Shown: positions 1 through 8,005, numbered from the stretch's first letter. The stretch: 36,451 nucleotides of DNA from Minisyncoccia bacterium (GCA_050299955.1 JBNKWW010000061.1:1-36451); one strand, 5' to 3'. A program made the numbers and translations. Notes: generated by a model from the sequence alone, not told the origin.

Positions 1-47
1 CACTCCTGCATTTTGTATAACAGATTTTGATTTTCTATTTTTGTTCA
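1..47 (-). CDS. Possible 5' end of a CDS running off the left edge (MNKNRKSKSVIQNAG..)
   Basis: A reverse-strand ATG (cat at 45-47) opens a frame with no stop up to the window edge. Only 15 codons are visible, so the product cannot be assessed. Confidence 0.2.
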
Positions 48-165
48 TTATTTATATGATACCTTCTTTATTTTTTTAAAGTGGAGATAATGTTGATAAA
101 TACCTTTCTATGAATTTATTGAAACAACTTAATCAACACCATTATCCCCACCCCATCAAAAATGC

Positions 166-194
166 TTGACAATGTTGGTGAGGTATGCTATTTT
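166..194 (+). promoter_or_regulatory. sigma70-type promoter TTGACA-17nt-TATTTT
   Basis: TTGACA at 166-171, a 17-nt spacer, then TATTTT at 189-194. It lies about 45 nt upstream of the ATG at 240. Confidence 0.5.
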
Positions 195-239
195 ATGGCC
201 AGACTGATGAGCAGTCTTGTTTCCATAGGAGGAAAATCG

Positions 240-554
240 ATGCACAAATTGCTTCTCGCCGCAGCAGCGGCACTGACCTTTACGACAACGACACCTGTTT
301 TTGCCGGCGACAACAATCTGGACACGGTCAAATGTGACCGTTCCACTGCCGAAAAAATTCTCGGCAAAATCGACGCTGGCGCCGACAGCCTCACGCAGGC
401 CTATGTCAACGATCAGCTCGACACCGGTGTTTGCAAAAAGGTTTCAGTTGACTCGTCCGATGCCGTGACCATTACCAAAAAGGGTGCGTTCGGCGTAGCC
501 TCCTGGAATGGGGGTTTCATCATCACCTGGGACGGCCCCTTCGGTAACATCTGA
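240..554 (+). CDS. Small secreted protein of unknown function (104 aa, signal peptide, 2 Cys)
   Basis: Lies within ORF 162-554. The ATG at 240 is preceded by AGGAGG (227-232, 7-nt spacer) and begins a classical signal peptide, MHKLLLAAAAALTFTTTTPVFA/G. Third codon positions are GC-rich, unlike neighbouring genes. Confidence 0.7.
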   Translation: MHKLLLAAAAALTFTTTTPVFAGDNNLDTVKCDRSTAEKILGKIDAGADSLTQAYVNDQLDTGVCKKVSVDSSDAVTITKKGAFGVASWNGGFIITWDGPFGNI

Positions 555-576
555 CTTGTTGCCGAAGAAATGTTCC

Positions 577-608
577 AAAAAAACCCGGTGGTTCATCTAC
601 CGGGTTTT
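577..608 (+). terminator. Intrinsic terminator hairpin
   Basis: A-run, then stem CCCGGTGG/CTACCGGG (584-591 / 597-604), then TTTT (605-608). Confidence 0.6.
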
Positions 609-626
609 ATAATGGAGGAAAAGTAC

Positions 627-728
627 GTGAACAAATTTATCATTTTTGTATGGATTATTATCGCCGCTATCGCAATAGCGGGAATAATCTACATAATGGG
701 TGCGGAAGTTCCGTTAACAAACGGATAG
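627..728 (+). CDS. Candidate 33-aa single-pass membrane peptide (VNKFIIFVWIIIAAIAIAGIIYIMGAEVPLTNG)
   Basis: GTG at 627 is preceded by GGAGG (614-618, 8-nt spacer). The frame encodes one strongly hydrophobic helix and ends at TAG 726-728. It is not in the supplied ORF track because it is under 60 aa. The track ORF 650-844 in another frame looks non-coding. Confidence 0.35.
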   Translation: MNKFIIFVWIIIAAIAIAGIIYIMGAEVPLTNG

Positions 729-749
729 CCTCTGTACTACAGACACAAA

Positions 750-793
750 CCCTCGACTGGCGCACTGCGCTGGCCGAGGGTTTTCTTATTTTT
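750..793 (+). terminator. Intrinsic terminator (interrupted hairpin plus T-run)
   Basis: CCCTCG (750-755) pairs with CGAGGG (775-780), with an inner GCGCA/TGCGC stem. TTTTCTTATTTTT follows. Confidence 0.5.
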
Positions 794-813
794 GTTGGCG
801 TTTGTGCAAGGGT

Positions 814-836
814 GGCCAAAAGCGAAGCTTTTGGCC
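814..836. terminator. Hairpin GGCCAAAAGC-GAA-GCTTTTGGCC (GCGAAGC apex)
   Basis: Perfect 10-bp stem with a GAA triloop. It lies between the convergent plus-strand small genes and the minus-strand trmH-like gene. Confidence 0.5.
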
Positions 837-858
837 GTACATAAATAAACTCTATTCC

Positions 859-1329
859 CTACCTATAAAACAAAACAATTCCCGTTGTTACTGAGACATT
901 AAGTGACTCCTTTTGCCCAGCCATTGGAATTTCCAGAATAGTATCGGCAAGGTCGAGGAGTTCGGGGCGAACGCCGTCGACTTCATTGCCTAAGATGTAG
1001 CAAACCTTTTCGTAAGTTTCTGGCTTGAAATCATAGAGTGAGACGGAGCGAGAATCTTGCTCTACTGCGACGATATGGAAGGCTTCTTGCTTGAGGTGCG
1101 CCAGATACGCCAGCGCGCCATCTTCATCAACCTTTTCCCAAGGAACCATCCTACTCGCGCCAAGCGAAGTCTTCTTTATTTCTTCTACTTCCCTACCAAA
1201 GCGGTCTATTGGCGCCGGCGTGTAACCACCCAAATATATTTTTGAAACTCCAGCACCATCACTGGTTCTAAATATTGAACCAACGTTATGCTGACTCCGT
1301 ATGTTGTCCAGAAAAACCACTTTTTGCAT
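859..1329 (-). CDS. SpoU/TrmH-family RNA 2'-O-methyltransferase
   Basis: Carries the SpoU motifs NVGSIFRTSDGAGV, ILGNEVDGV and IPMAGQKESLNVSVTTGIVLF. The 156-aa length fits the minimal SPOUT fold. Confidence 0.85.
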   Translation of the reverse strand: MQKVVFLDNIRSQHNVGSIFRTSDGAGVSKIYLGGYTPAPIDRFGREVEEIKKTSLGASRMVPWEKVDEDGALAYLAHLKQEAFHIVAVEQDSRSVSLYDFKPETYEKVCYILGNEVDGVRPELLDLADTILEIPMAGQKESLNVSVTTGIVLFYR

Positions 1330-1332
1330 AAG

Positions 1333-2160
1333 TTATAACTTGAATGATTTAATAGCCATATCCAACAATTCTCTTTTCTCTATATCTTTTTTCCAAATAC
1401 TGTTTGTTCGGTTTGGATTTAGTCGCACACCTTTGGAAAAATTAATCTCTTTTTGAAATAGTACCAAATTTTCTTTACCAGAAATAACAACTTCATTCTT
1501 ACCCTGAAGGGTTGCATCAATAGCGAAACCCTTGAGTAGTTTTTGTACAAGCACTAAAACAGTTTTATCTTTTTGGTACCCGCGAACTCTTCTCTTATTG
1601 GTTTTTATCCTATAATCCATACACCCCTCATCGTCAAAAAAGGCTCGCAAGAATTCTCTTTGATACACAGGCAACATTTTATCAACCTCATCAATTAATT
1701 CACTTGATTTTTGTTTTAGAAACTCACCCAACTCAACATTGTTAAAAGAAATTTTAATGACGCCACTTCTTTTATCATAGTGTTTATTTCCATCATATGA
1801 ATACACTATTCTCATCAATTTTTCTACTCTCTGTATCAAGCTTTCACTCCTATTGTTATAACAACATCGTTTTTTCTGTATTTCTCCATCAAACATCAAA
1901 TGAGCCACAAGCAATATTAGATCGGGAGTCCACTCCGAAAACGGTTTAAATGAACGCAAAGCTTTACCTTTTCGTGCAGCGGAATTTTTCAAGGCGCGTA
2001 CTTTTGCGTTTTGGCTGACTTCTTTTTTCTTTTTATTACTAAGTGAAATATCTTTAATATGAAAATACACCGACGTTTTGCTTCGTCCGGTTATTTTCAC
2101 TATTTCGTTTAGAGTAAGGTCTTTCTTACGCAGCTCAATACACTGTTGTTTGAAAGACAT
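1333..2160 (-). CDS. Free-standing double-motif LAGLIDADG homing endonuclease with an N-terminal HTH
   Basis: Two LAGLIDADG-like motifs (LLVAHLMFDGEI and FLRAFFDDEGCMD) lie about 100 aa apart. The N-terminus has the HTH-like segment LTLNEIVKITGRSKTSVYFHI. Confidence 0.75.
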   Translation of the reverse strand: MSFKQQCIELRKKDLTLNEIVKITGRSKTSVYFHIKDISLSNKKKKEVSQNAKVRALKNSAARKGKALRSFKPFSEWTPDLILLVAHLMFDGEIQKKRCCYNNRSESLIQRVEKLMRIVYSYDGNKHYDKRSGVIKISFNNVELGEFLKQKSSELIDEVDKMLPVYQREFLRAFFDDEGCMDYRIKTNKRRVRGYQKDKTVLVLVQKLLKGFAIDATLQGKNEVVISGKENLVLFQKEINFSKGVRLNPNRTNSIWKKDIEKRELLDMAIKSFKL

Positions 2161-2164
2161 AATG

Positions 2165-2237
2165 TCCGCCCACCAGGGAACGATCCTGGAACCTTCGGCT
2201 TAAAAGGCCGCTGCTCTACCAATTGAGCTATAGGCGG
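2165..2237 (-). tRNA. tRNA-Lys (anticodon UUU), atypical, no encoded CCA
   Basis: The reverse complement folds as a cloverleaf: CCGCCTA-TA-GCTC-AATTGGTA-GAGC-A-GCGGC-CTTTTAA-GCCGA-AGGTT-CCAGG-ATCGTTC-CCTGG-TGGGCGG-A. The acceptor stem has 7 pairs including one G-U. The D-loop has GG and the anticodon loop is CT-TTT-AA. Confidence 0.65.
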
Positions 2238-2247
2238 GTGCCTTAAT

Positions 2248-2256
2248 ATTGTATCA
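2248..2256 (-). promoter_or_regulatory. Extended -10 element (TGATACAAT) for the tRNA-Lys transcript
   Basis: On the minus strand, TGa-TACAAT ends 10 nt upstream of the tRNA 5' end. Confidence 0.4.
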
Positions 2257-2466
2257 TACAAAGGTACTAATATCTCTCCAAAGTTGTTTGGAAAGTAGCC
2301 AGCACTATAACATTTTATGATGTTTTTTCAATATTTAACTACTAGCGTAGCGCTGACTAAGTATTTTTCTGGATCCCTTACAGCGACTGTTTAGGTTGTA
2401 TGATCCAGCTCTCGCAAGCGAGGGCTGGATCGACAACCTCTTGCGGAAGCCTCCCAGGCTTCCTCA

Positions 2467-2605
2467 CCCGTCTTCACGGGGATGACAGCTGCTGTTTAAT
2501 CTGGATCCCCGTCTTCACGGGGATGACAGCTTCGCTGTCACTTTTATTAGGACAGCAGCGAAGCTGCTGTCCGGCGCCGTCATCCCCGCGGAGGCGGGGA
2601 TCCAG
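2467..2605. repeat. REP-like palindromic element cluster
   Basis: Two direct copies of CCCGTCTTCACGGGGATGACAGC (2467-2489, 2508-2530). An inverted, roughly 26/30-identical copy, GCCGTCATCCCCGCGGAGGCGGGGATCCAG, lies at 2576-2605. Between them are the hairpins GACAGC-TTC-GCTGTC (2525-2539) and GGACAGCAGC-GAA-GCTGCTGTCC (2550-2572). Confidence 0.7.
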
Positions 2606-2617
2606 TGTAAACTAAAA

Positions 2618-3322
2618 CTACAAACTCAAAATCCAACGCTCCAAAGCAACTTCCAAGTCGCAAAGTCCGAGACGACTTTCGTGTTGGAGTTTATGCAATG
2701 AGAGCGAAAGCTGCTCGAGTTCATCTTCTTTAAATTTTGAGAGTGCGCGTTTGGCTTTATTGTATGGGTAGTCTTTGAGGCCCGCCTCCGAGGCATTTGC
2801 AGTTAAGGAAGAAAGACGCAAAGTTTTGAGTTGCCACCATAAAACACCAATTATCTCCTCCGGAGCAATGCCTCGGAGACGGGCCTCGTTAAACAACAGC
2901 CACAAACTTTTTTTATCTTTCCCTGAAAGAGCGTCCGCCAAAGCAAAAGTATTAAATCGTTCCGTCTCGCCTTTTTTAAACTCCTGCATTTGGTCGGCAT
3001 ATTTGGTGAATGGCTTTTTTTCGGGAGCCAAAAGCGTACCTTCCGTTATCACAAAAACATCTTCACTAGATGCCATTTCCGATAGAGCGTTTTGTACTGC
3101 TTCATTAAACTCGTCGTCACCGGAAGGTGTATCAAACCAATAAACTTTACGGTCACCAAAAAGTGAAACACTACCAAGACAATCCCCCACTATTCCCGGC
3201 GCGTATGAATCAACATCAACACTAACAAGCTCCGCTCCGATTTCTTCTTGGTAGCCGCTTAAAAAACTAAGCGCTGCTGCACGCACTTTCACAGTATCAT
3301 TACCAAAAAAAACTTTTATCAT
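2618..3322 (-). CDS. holA: DNA polymerase III delta subunit (HolA)-like, short form
   Basis: The segment FALADALSGKDKKSLWLLFNEARLRGIAPEEIIGVLWWQLKTL matches the HolA pattern (vF.L.dal..g....al..l..l...g..p..il..l..q...L). The gene sits directly downstream of polA. Confidence 0.55.
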   Translation of the reverse strand: MIKVFFGNDTVKVRAAALSFLSGYQEEIGAELVSVDVDSYAPGIVGDCLGSVSLFGDRKVYWFDTPSGDDEFNEAVQNALSEMASSEDVFVITEGTLLAPEKKPFTKYADQMQEFKKGETERFNTFALADALSGKDKKSLWLLFNEARLRGIAPEEIIGVLWWQLKTLRLSSLTANASEAGLKDYPYNKAKRALSKFKEDELEQLSLSLHKLQHESRLGLCDLEVALERWILSL

Positions 3323-3334
3323 ACTCAGAATTCT

Positions 3335-5737
3335 TTAAGCTTCGTACTTATTCATTTCTGCCCAATTATCTCCCACCTTCACGTCAACTAAAATCGGCAC
3401 GATATTAGTATATTGCTTTGGCAAAACCGACTGCATCACTTCCTTTATTACCGGTACGGCTAACTCAATTAGCTCGTCTTTGATTTCAAAAACCAATTCG
3501 TCATGTACCTGAAGCAAAATTTTAGCATCTTCCGCCCAACCATTTTTTTGGATTTCATTTTCTACATTTATCATCGCTAAGCGAAGCACGTCACCTTCGG
3601 TTCCTTGAATTGGCGCGTTAATAGCCATACGTTCGGCAGCAGCGCGAATAAATGGTGCTCCCGAGGTTATGCCAGGGAAATAGCGCCGACGACCATACAT
3701 AGTGACTGTGTAGCCATGCTCGCGAGCAAAAGTTTTGGTTTCTTCTAGATATTCAGCCAGTCGAGTAAAGGTGTTGAAGTAGGCGTTTAAAAATTCTTGC
3801 GCCTCTTCGCGTGTTGTCTCGCCACCGAGATTAGTGCGGAGTGCGTTGACTCCCATTCCGTAGAGAATACCAAAGTTAATCACCTTAGCTTGTCGCCGCA
3901 TATCAGGGGTCACTTCATTTGGCGCGACTCCAAACACCCTAGAAGCCACACCTTGGTGAACGTCTTCACCGTGTTGAAAAATGTCTATTAAGTATTTGTC
4001 ACCCGACATAATAGCCGCGAGGCGAAGCTCAACCTGTGAGTAGTCGATAGATACCAACTTGCTGCCTTCCTTCGCTACAAAAGCCTGACGCACCGCACGG
4101 CCATCACCACTTCTCGCGGGAATGTTCTGAAGGTTTGGATCACGACTAGCGAGGCGTCCGGTTGTGGTGCCGGTTTGTACAAAAGTAGTACGCACACGCC
4201 CGTCTTCTCCGGCTAGTTTAGGTAGGTTGTCGACGTAGGTTGAAGTGAGTTTTGAAAGTTCGCGGTAACGTAAAATAGCTGGAATGATTGGGTGATCCTC
4301 CTTCATTTTTTCTAGCTCGCTTTCTTTGGTAGAACGCTGACCGGTAGCGGTCTTTTTTTGTTTGTCTGGCTTAAGTCCTAAAGTATCAAACAACACTTCG
4401 CCGAGTTGCTTTGGTGAATTGATATTGAACTCCATTCCCGCGTACTTATATATCTCGTCTTTTAGACTGTCGAGTTCGATGTGGAATTTTTTGGACAACT
4501 TGGCGAGATATTTGGTATCAAGCAAAATACCGGTATGGTTAATTTTTTCCAAAATCGGAATAAGTGGCTTTTCAATTTCTTCATACAAACGCCACAAATC
4601 TTGTTCTTTTAGTTTTGCTTCCAAAGCTTTTTTGATTTCCGAAAAATCGGTGGTTTGGAAGAAAGAACGACCATAATCAATGATATCGGTTAGAGTGACG
4701 TTGGTACGGTCGGAGTCGAGAAGCCAAAGCATTACCGAAGCCTCTTTGATCTCTTCGAGTGGGGCGTAGGCGGCGCTGGTGCCGCTCTCATCTGGAAGAG
4801 AGAGCAGGTTTTTAAGTCGGCCGCCCAAAGTGCGAAAACCGAGCTCAGTAAAAAGCACCAGCGCCGCCTCCGCATTCATACTGTCACGCCAATTTTTCTC
4901 AGGGAATTTGAAATCAATTGGAGCGTCGCGACGAATAGTGGCCAACTCTTTAGAAAACTCGGCCTCTTCCTGATGGTCCGCAACCAGCTGCACAAAGCGC
5001 TTTTGCACTCCGCATTTTTTAGCCACCTCTTCCACCCCATCTTTTTCTATCGCTTTAAATATTTTTTCGAGACCACCAAAAGTTTGGATGAGCTTTAAGG
5101 CACTCGTCTCCCCCACCCCCGGAACACCAGGGATGTTGTCTGAGACATCACCACGAATACCTTTGTAGTCGATGGTGAGAAGTGGTCCAAAACCAAACTT
5201 TTCCTTCACTGCCGCCTCATCAAACATCGCCACCTCTGAACCCTTGCGCTGGGTATATACGCGCACGCGTTTTTTATCGACGAGCTGAAGTGTATCCATA
5301 TCGCCTGAGGCAATGATTACATTCAAGTCTTCTAAATCTTTGGTTTCTTCAACTATAGTGCCGAGCATATCATCTGCTTCAAAACCAGCCTTCTCATATA
5401 TAGGAATACCAAAAGCGGCAAAAATATCGCGGGAGCGAATTATTTGTTCGACGAGCGTGTTGTCTGTTTTGGCACGCTTAGCTTTATAGCCATCAAAAGC
5501 TTCATGGCGATGAGTTGGCTCTGGAAGGTCGTAACAAGCAACGATGTAGTCTGGTTTTAGGTCTTCAATGATTTTAATCAAAATAGCCACAACGCCGTAG
5601 AGCGCACCGGTTGGTTCGCCGCTTGGTGAAGTAAACTCCGGCAACGCATGGAAAGCACGATGCAAAATGGCGTGTGTATCAAGCAAAACCAGTGTTTCCT
5701 TTTTACTCTTTTTAGTTTCCGGTTTTTCCTTTTTCAT
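3335..5737 (-). CDS. polA: DNA polymerase I (5'-3' exonuclease plus family A polymerase domains)
   Basis: Motif A DYSQVELRLAA, motif B RRQAKVINFGILYGMG and motif C LQVHDELVFE. The N-terminal FEN-type 5' nuclease region includes LLDTHAILHRAFHA. Confidence 0.97.
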   Translation of the reverse strand: MKKEKPETKKSKKETLVLLDTHAILHRAFHALPEFTSPSGEPTGALYGVVAILIKIIEDLKPDYIVACYDLPEPTHRHEAFDGYKAKRAKTDNTLVEQIIRSRDIFAAFGIPIYEKAGFEADDMLGTIVEETKDLEDLNVIIASGDMDTLQLVDKKRVRVYTQRKGSEVAMFDEAAVKEKFGFGPLLTIDYKGIRGDVSDNIPGVPGVGETSALKLIQTFGGLEKIFKAIEKDGVEEVAKKCGVQKRFVQLVADHQEEAEFSKELATIRRDAPIDFKFPEKNWRDSMNAEAALVLFTELGFRTLGGRLKNLLSLPDESGTSAAYAPLEEIKEASVMLWLLDSDRTNVTLTDIIDYGRSFFQTTDFSEIKKALEAKLKEQDLWRLYEEIEKPLIPILEKINHTGILLDTKYLAKLSKKFHIELDSLKDEIYKYAGMEFNINSPKQLGEVLFDTLGLKPDKQKKTATGQRSTKESELEKMKEDHPIIPAILRYRELSKLTSTYVDNLPKLAGEDGRVRTTFVQTGTTTGRLASRDPNLQNIPARSGDGRAVRQAFVAKEGSKLVSIDYSQVELRLAAIMSGDKYLIDIFQHGEDVHQGVASRVFGVAPNEVTPDMRRQAKVINFGILYGMGVNALRTNLGGETTREEAQEFLNAYFNTFTRLAEYLEETKTFAREHGYTVTMYGRRRYFPGITSGAPFIRAAAERMAINAPIQGTEGDVLRLAMINVENEIQKNGWAEDAKILLQVHDELVFEIKDELIELAVPVIKEVMQSVLPKQYTNIVPILVDVKVGDNWAEMNKYEA

Positions 5738-5739
5738 TT

Positions 5740-6183
5740 TTACTTTTTAATTTTAACGACTCGCTTCTCTCCTTCCAGTTCAAAATACATATTGGTGACA
5801 TCTTGAGGCAATAACTCCGCGACTCTTTCTGCCCATTCAATACAAATTATAGTGTCAGGCATTTTTAAAACCTCTGAAAAACCAAGTACACTGAGTTCTT
5901 TCGGTGACTCGAGACGGTAGGCATCAATATGCACCAGCGTTTTAAAATACTGATCGCAGTCGTAGATTTTCATTATGACGAAAGTTGGACTAGTGATCAC
6001 CTCCTTAACTCCAAGTAACTTTCCTAGAGTTTGAGTAAAAGTAGTTTTGCCACTACCTAAATCGCCATGAAGGGAGAGGATGTATGGGCCGGCGCCTTTG
6101 GCGCCGGCCCCCTGCTCCAAAACCATTTTTGCCACGCTTTCTAACTCACTTATTTTTGTGATGTCCAAAACTGTCTCTTCCAT
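5740..6183 (-). CDS. tsaE: tRNA t6A37 biosynthesis ATPase TsaE (YjeE)
   Basis: P-loop GDLGSGKTTFTQ, SPTFVIM and HIDAYRL motifs. The 147-aa size fits. Confidence 0.9.
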   Translation of the reverse strand: MEETVLDITKISELESVAKMVLEQGAGAKGAGPYILSLHGDLGSGKTTFTQTLGKLLGVKEVITSPTFVIMKIYDCDQYFKTLVHIDAYRLESPKELSVLGFSEVLKMPDTIICIEWAERVAELLPQDVTNMYFELEGEKRVVKIKK

Positions 6184-6236
6184 TTGGCCATTCTATCACT
6201 TAAAATGTTAGATAGCATTACTCCAAGCTATTTACT

Positions 6237-7970
6237 ATGCCAAAATTTGACGAACATCTTTTAAATAACGACAAATTTCAAGAATTTCGCCAAGGCGGCG
6301 AAGAGAGTTTGGTTGCTTCCCTAGCCAAACAATACGGCTATTCTTATATCAATTTGCAAGGAGTTTCCATCAATCCGGACGCTCTAGCGACGGTACCAGA
6401 AGAAGAGGCTCGTCGAGTTGGTTTAGTTGCCTTTGAAAAACAAAACAAAAAACTATCGATAGCAGTACGAAATCCCAACAACCCAGAAGTTAAAAAACTG
6501 ATTGACCGCTTAGCAAATGACTGGCAATTAAATGTTTTTATGTGTTCTGTAGCCAGCCTCGAACACGGCTTTGAAAGATATAAAGACATCACCGAAACCG
6601 AAGCGGTTAAAAAAGGCGTGCTAGATATCGATCCGGAAGAAATCGCAAAACTGCAACTCTCTCTAAAACGGGTCGAGGATGTCGAAGCTAAGATACTCGA
6701 GATTCGTTCACTTAATAATGCGCGCAGAGTATCTGCCACTATGGAAGTTTTGTTTGCCGGAGCGATGTCTTTTAAAGCTTCCGACATTCACATTGAGCCG
6801 GAAGAAACCGAAGTTCGCGTACGTTACCGCCTCGACGGTGTATTGCACGACATTGTTAATCTTGAGCGAAAAGTCTACGAACGGATTATTTCTCGCATCA
6901 AACTCCTCGCCGGCCTCAAACTCAATATTCATGATGAAGCCCAAGACGGTCGTTTCACCTTTGAGATGGCTGATAAAGTGATTGAAATTCGTACCTCAAT
7001 TATTCCTGGAGCAGCTGGAGAATCGGCTGTAATGCGTCTTCTCGACCCAAGTGTAGCCGGCTTCAATATGGAACAACTCGGACTTAACGATACTCTGTAC
7101 CAAATAATGAAACGTGAGATCTCCCGCCCTAACGGACTCATTATCACCACTGGTCCGACAGGTTCTGGTAAAACGACTGCGCTTTACGCTTTTTTGCGTG
7201 CTGCCCATACACCGGAAGTAAAAGTAATAACCATTGAAGATCCAGTGGAGTATAAAATCGAAGGCTTGGTACAAACTCAAGTTGGTGAGGATTATACTTT
7301 CGCCTCTGGACTTCGCTCTATTCTTCGCCAAGACCCCGACATCATTATGGTTGGTGAGATACGTGACCGAGAAGTAGCTGAAACCGCCTTTCACGCCGCT
7401 GAAACCGGACACCTCGTATTCTCCACTCTTCACACCAACAGCGCTGTCGGTGCCTTCCCTCGCCTAATGGACCTCGGAGTTGATTCACGTATTATGGGAA
7501 CTTCGATCAACATCATTATTGGTCAACGTTTGGTGCGTCGTCTTTGTGATAAATGCAAGACCTCACATACCATCACAACCCCTGAACTAGAAATGATAAA
7601 TAAAGTTCTTTCCGGACATCCAAAAGGCATAACTGCCACCACAGAGACTCTGTTGTATGAAGCCACCGGATGTGACCAATGTGGGCAAACTGGCTTTAAA
7701 GGTCGTCAAGGAGTTTTTGAAGCTGTACTTATGGACAACGCAGTCGAAGAGGCGGTGCTGCGCGATCCGCGTGAACACATCATTCTTGAAGCCGCTCGCG
7801 AACAAGGTATCCCAACTATGGCCGAAGATGGTATGGAAAAAGTACTTGCGGGAATCACTTCACTCAAAGAATTGCGCCGCGTAGTTGACCTCTCAGACAT
7901 ACGCGGTGCCAAACCAGAAGAAAATAATAATGAAACACCGGATGATGATTTTATGTCGCATATTGTCTGA
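6237..7970 (+). CDS. pilB: GspE/PilB-family secretion or type IV pilus assembly ATPase
   Basis: Walker A GPTGSGKTT, Asp box ITIEDPVEY, Walker B DPDIIMVGEIRD and His box GHLVFSTLHTN. There is also a tetracysteine motif, CDKC...CDQC. Confidence 0.92.
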   Translation: MPKFDEHLLNNDKFQEFRQGGEESLVASLAKQYGYSYINLQGVSINPDALATVPEEEARRVGLVAFEKQNKKLSIAVRNPNNPEVKKLIDRLANDWQLNVFMCSVASLEHGFERYKDITETEAVKKGVLDIDPEEIAKLQLSLKRVEDVEAKILEIRSLNNARRVSATMEVLFAGAMSFKASDIHIEPEETEVRVRYRLDGVLHDIVNLERKVYERIISRIKLLAGLKLNIHDEAQDGRFTFEMADKVIEIRTSIIPGAAGESAVMRLLDPSVAGFNMEQLGLNDTLYQIMKREISRPNGLIITTGPTGSGKTTALYAFLRAAHTPEVKVITIEDPVEYKIEGLVQTQVGEDYTFASGLRSILRQDPDIIMVGEIRDREVAETAFHAAETGHLVFSTLHTNSAVGAFPRLMDLGVDSRIMGTSINIIIGQRLVRRLCDKCKTSHTITTPELEMINKVLSGHPKGITATTETLLYEATGCDQCGQTGFKGRQGVFEAVLMDNAVEEAVLRDPREHIILEAAREQGIPTMAEDGMEKVLAGITSLKELRRVVDLSDIRGAKPEENNNETPDDDFMSHIV

Positions 7971-8005
7971 TGTGTGACACAGAAATTCCACAAGAACAAG
8001 AGACG

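Noticed and set aside
201-217. The CUGAUGAG string (204-211) in the 5' UTR of the secreted-protein gene resembles the hammerhead ribozyme core.
   Set aside because: It is simply the loop of a 6-bp hairpin (AGACTG/CAGTCT). No downstream GAAA(C) core element or three-stem junction can be drawn.
650-844. Track ORF of 64 aa.
   Set aside because: It has no RBS or promoter context and runs through two terminator hairpins. The alternative GTG-initiated 33-aa hydrophobic frame at 627-728 is more plausible.
2467-2605. Possible CRISPR array, because of repeated units of about 24-30 bp.
   Set aside because: There are only two direct copies plus one inverted copy. The spacing is irregular, the intervening sequences are themselves palindromes, and no cas genes are present.
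2400-2615. Track ORF of 71 aa (..WIPVFTGMT..SSPRRRGSS..).
   Set aside because: It is a spurious translation of the GC-rich REP-like palindromes, with no start context. Its composition is dictated by the hairpin repeats.
3797-7999. Numerous antisense or alternative-frame track ORFs of 60-147 aa inside polA and pilB, for example 6344-6787 and 6996-7433.
   Set aside because: They are fully embedded in strongly supported genes on the opposite strand or in another frame, and they carry no motifs.
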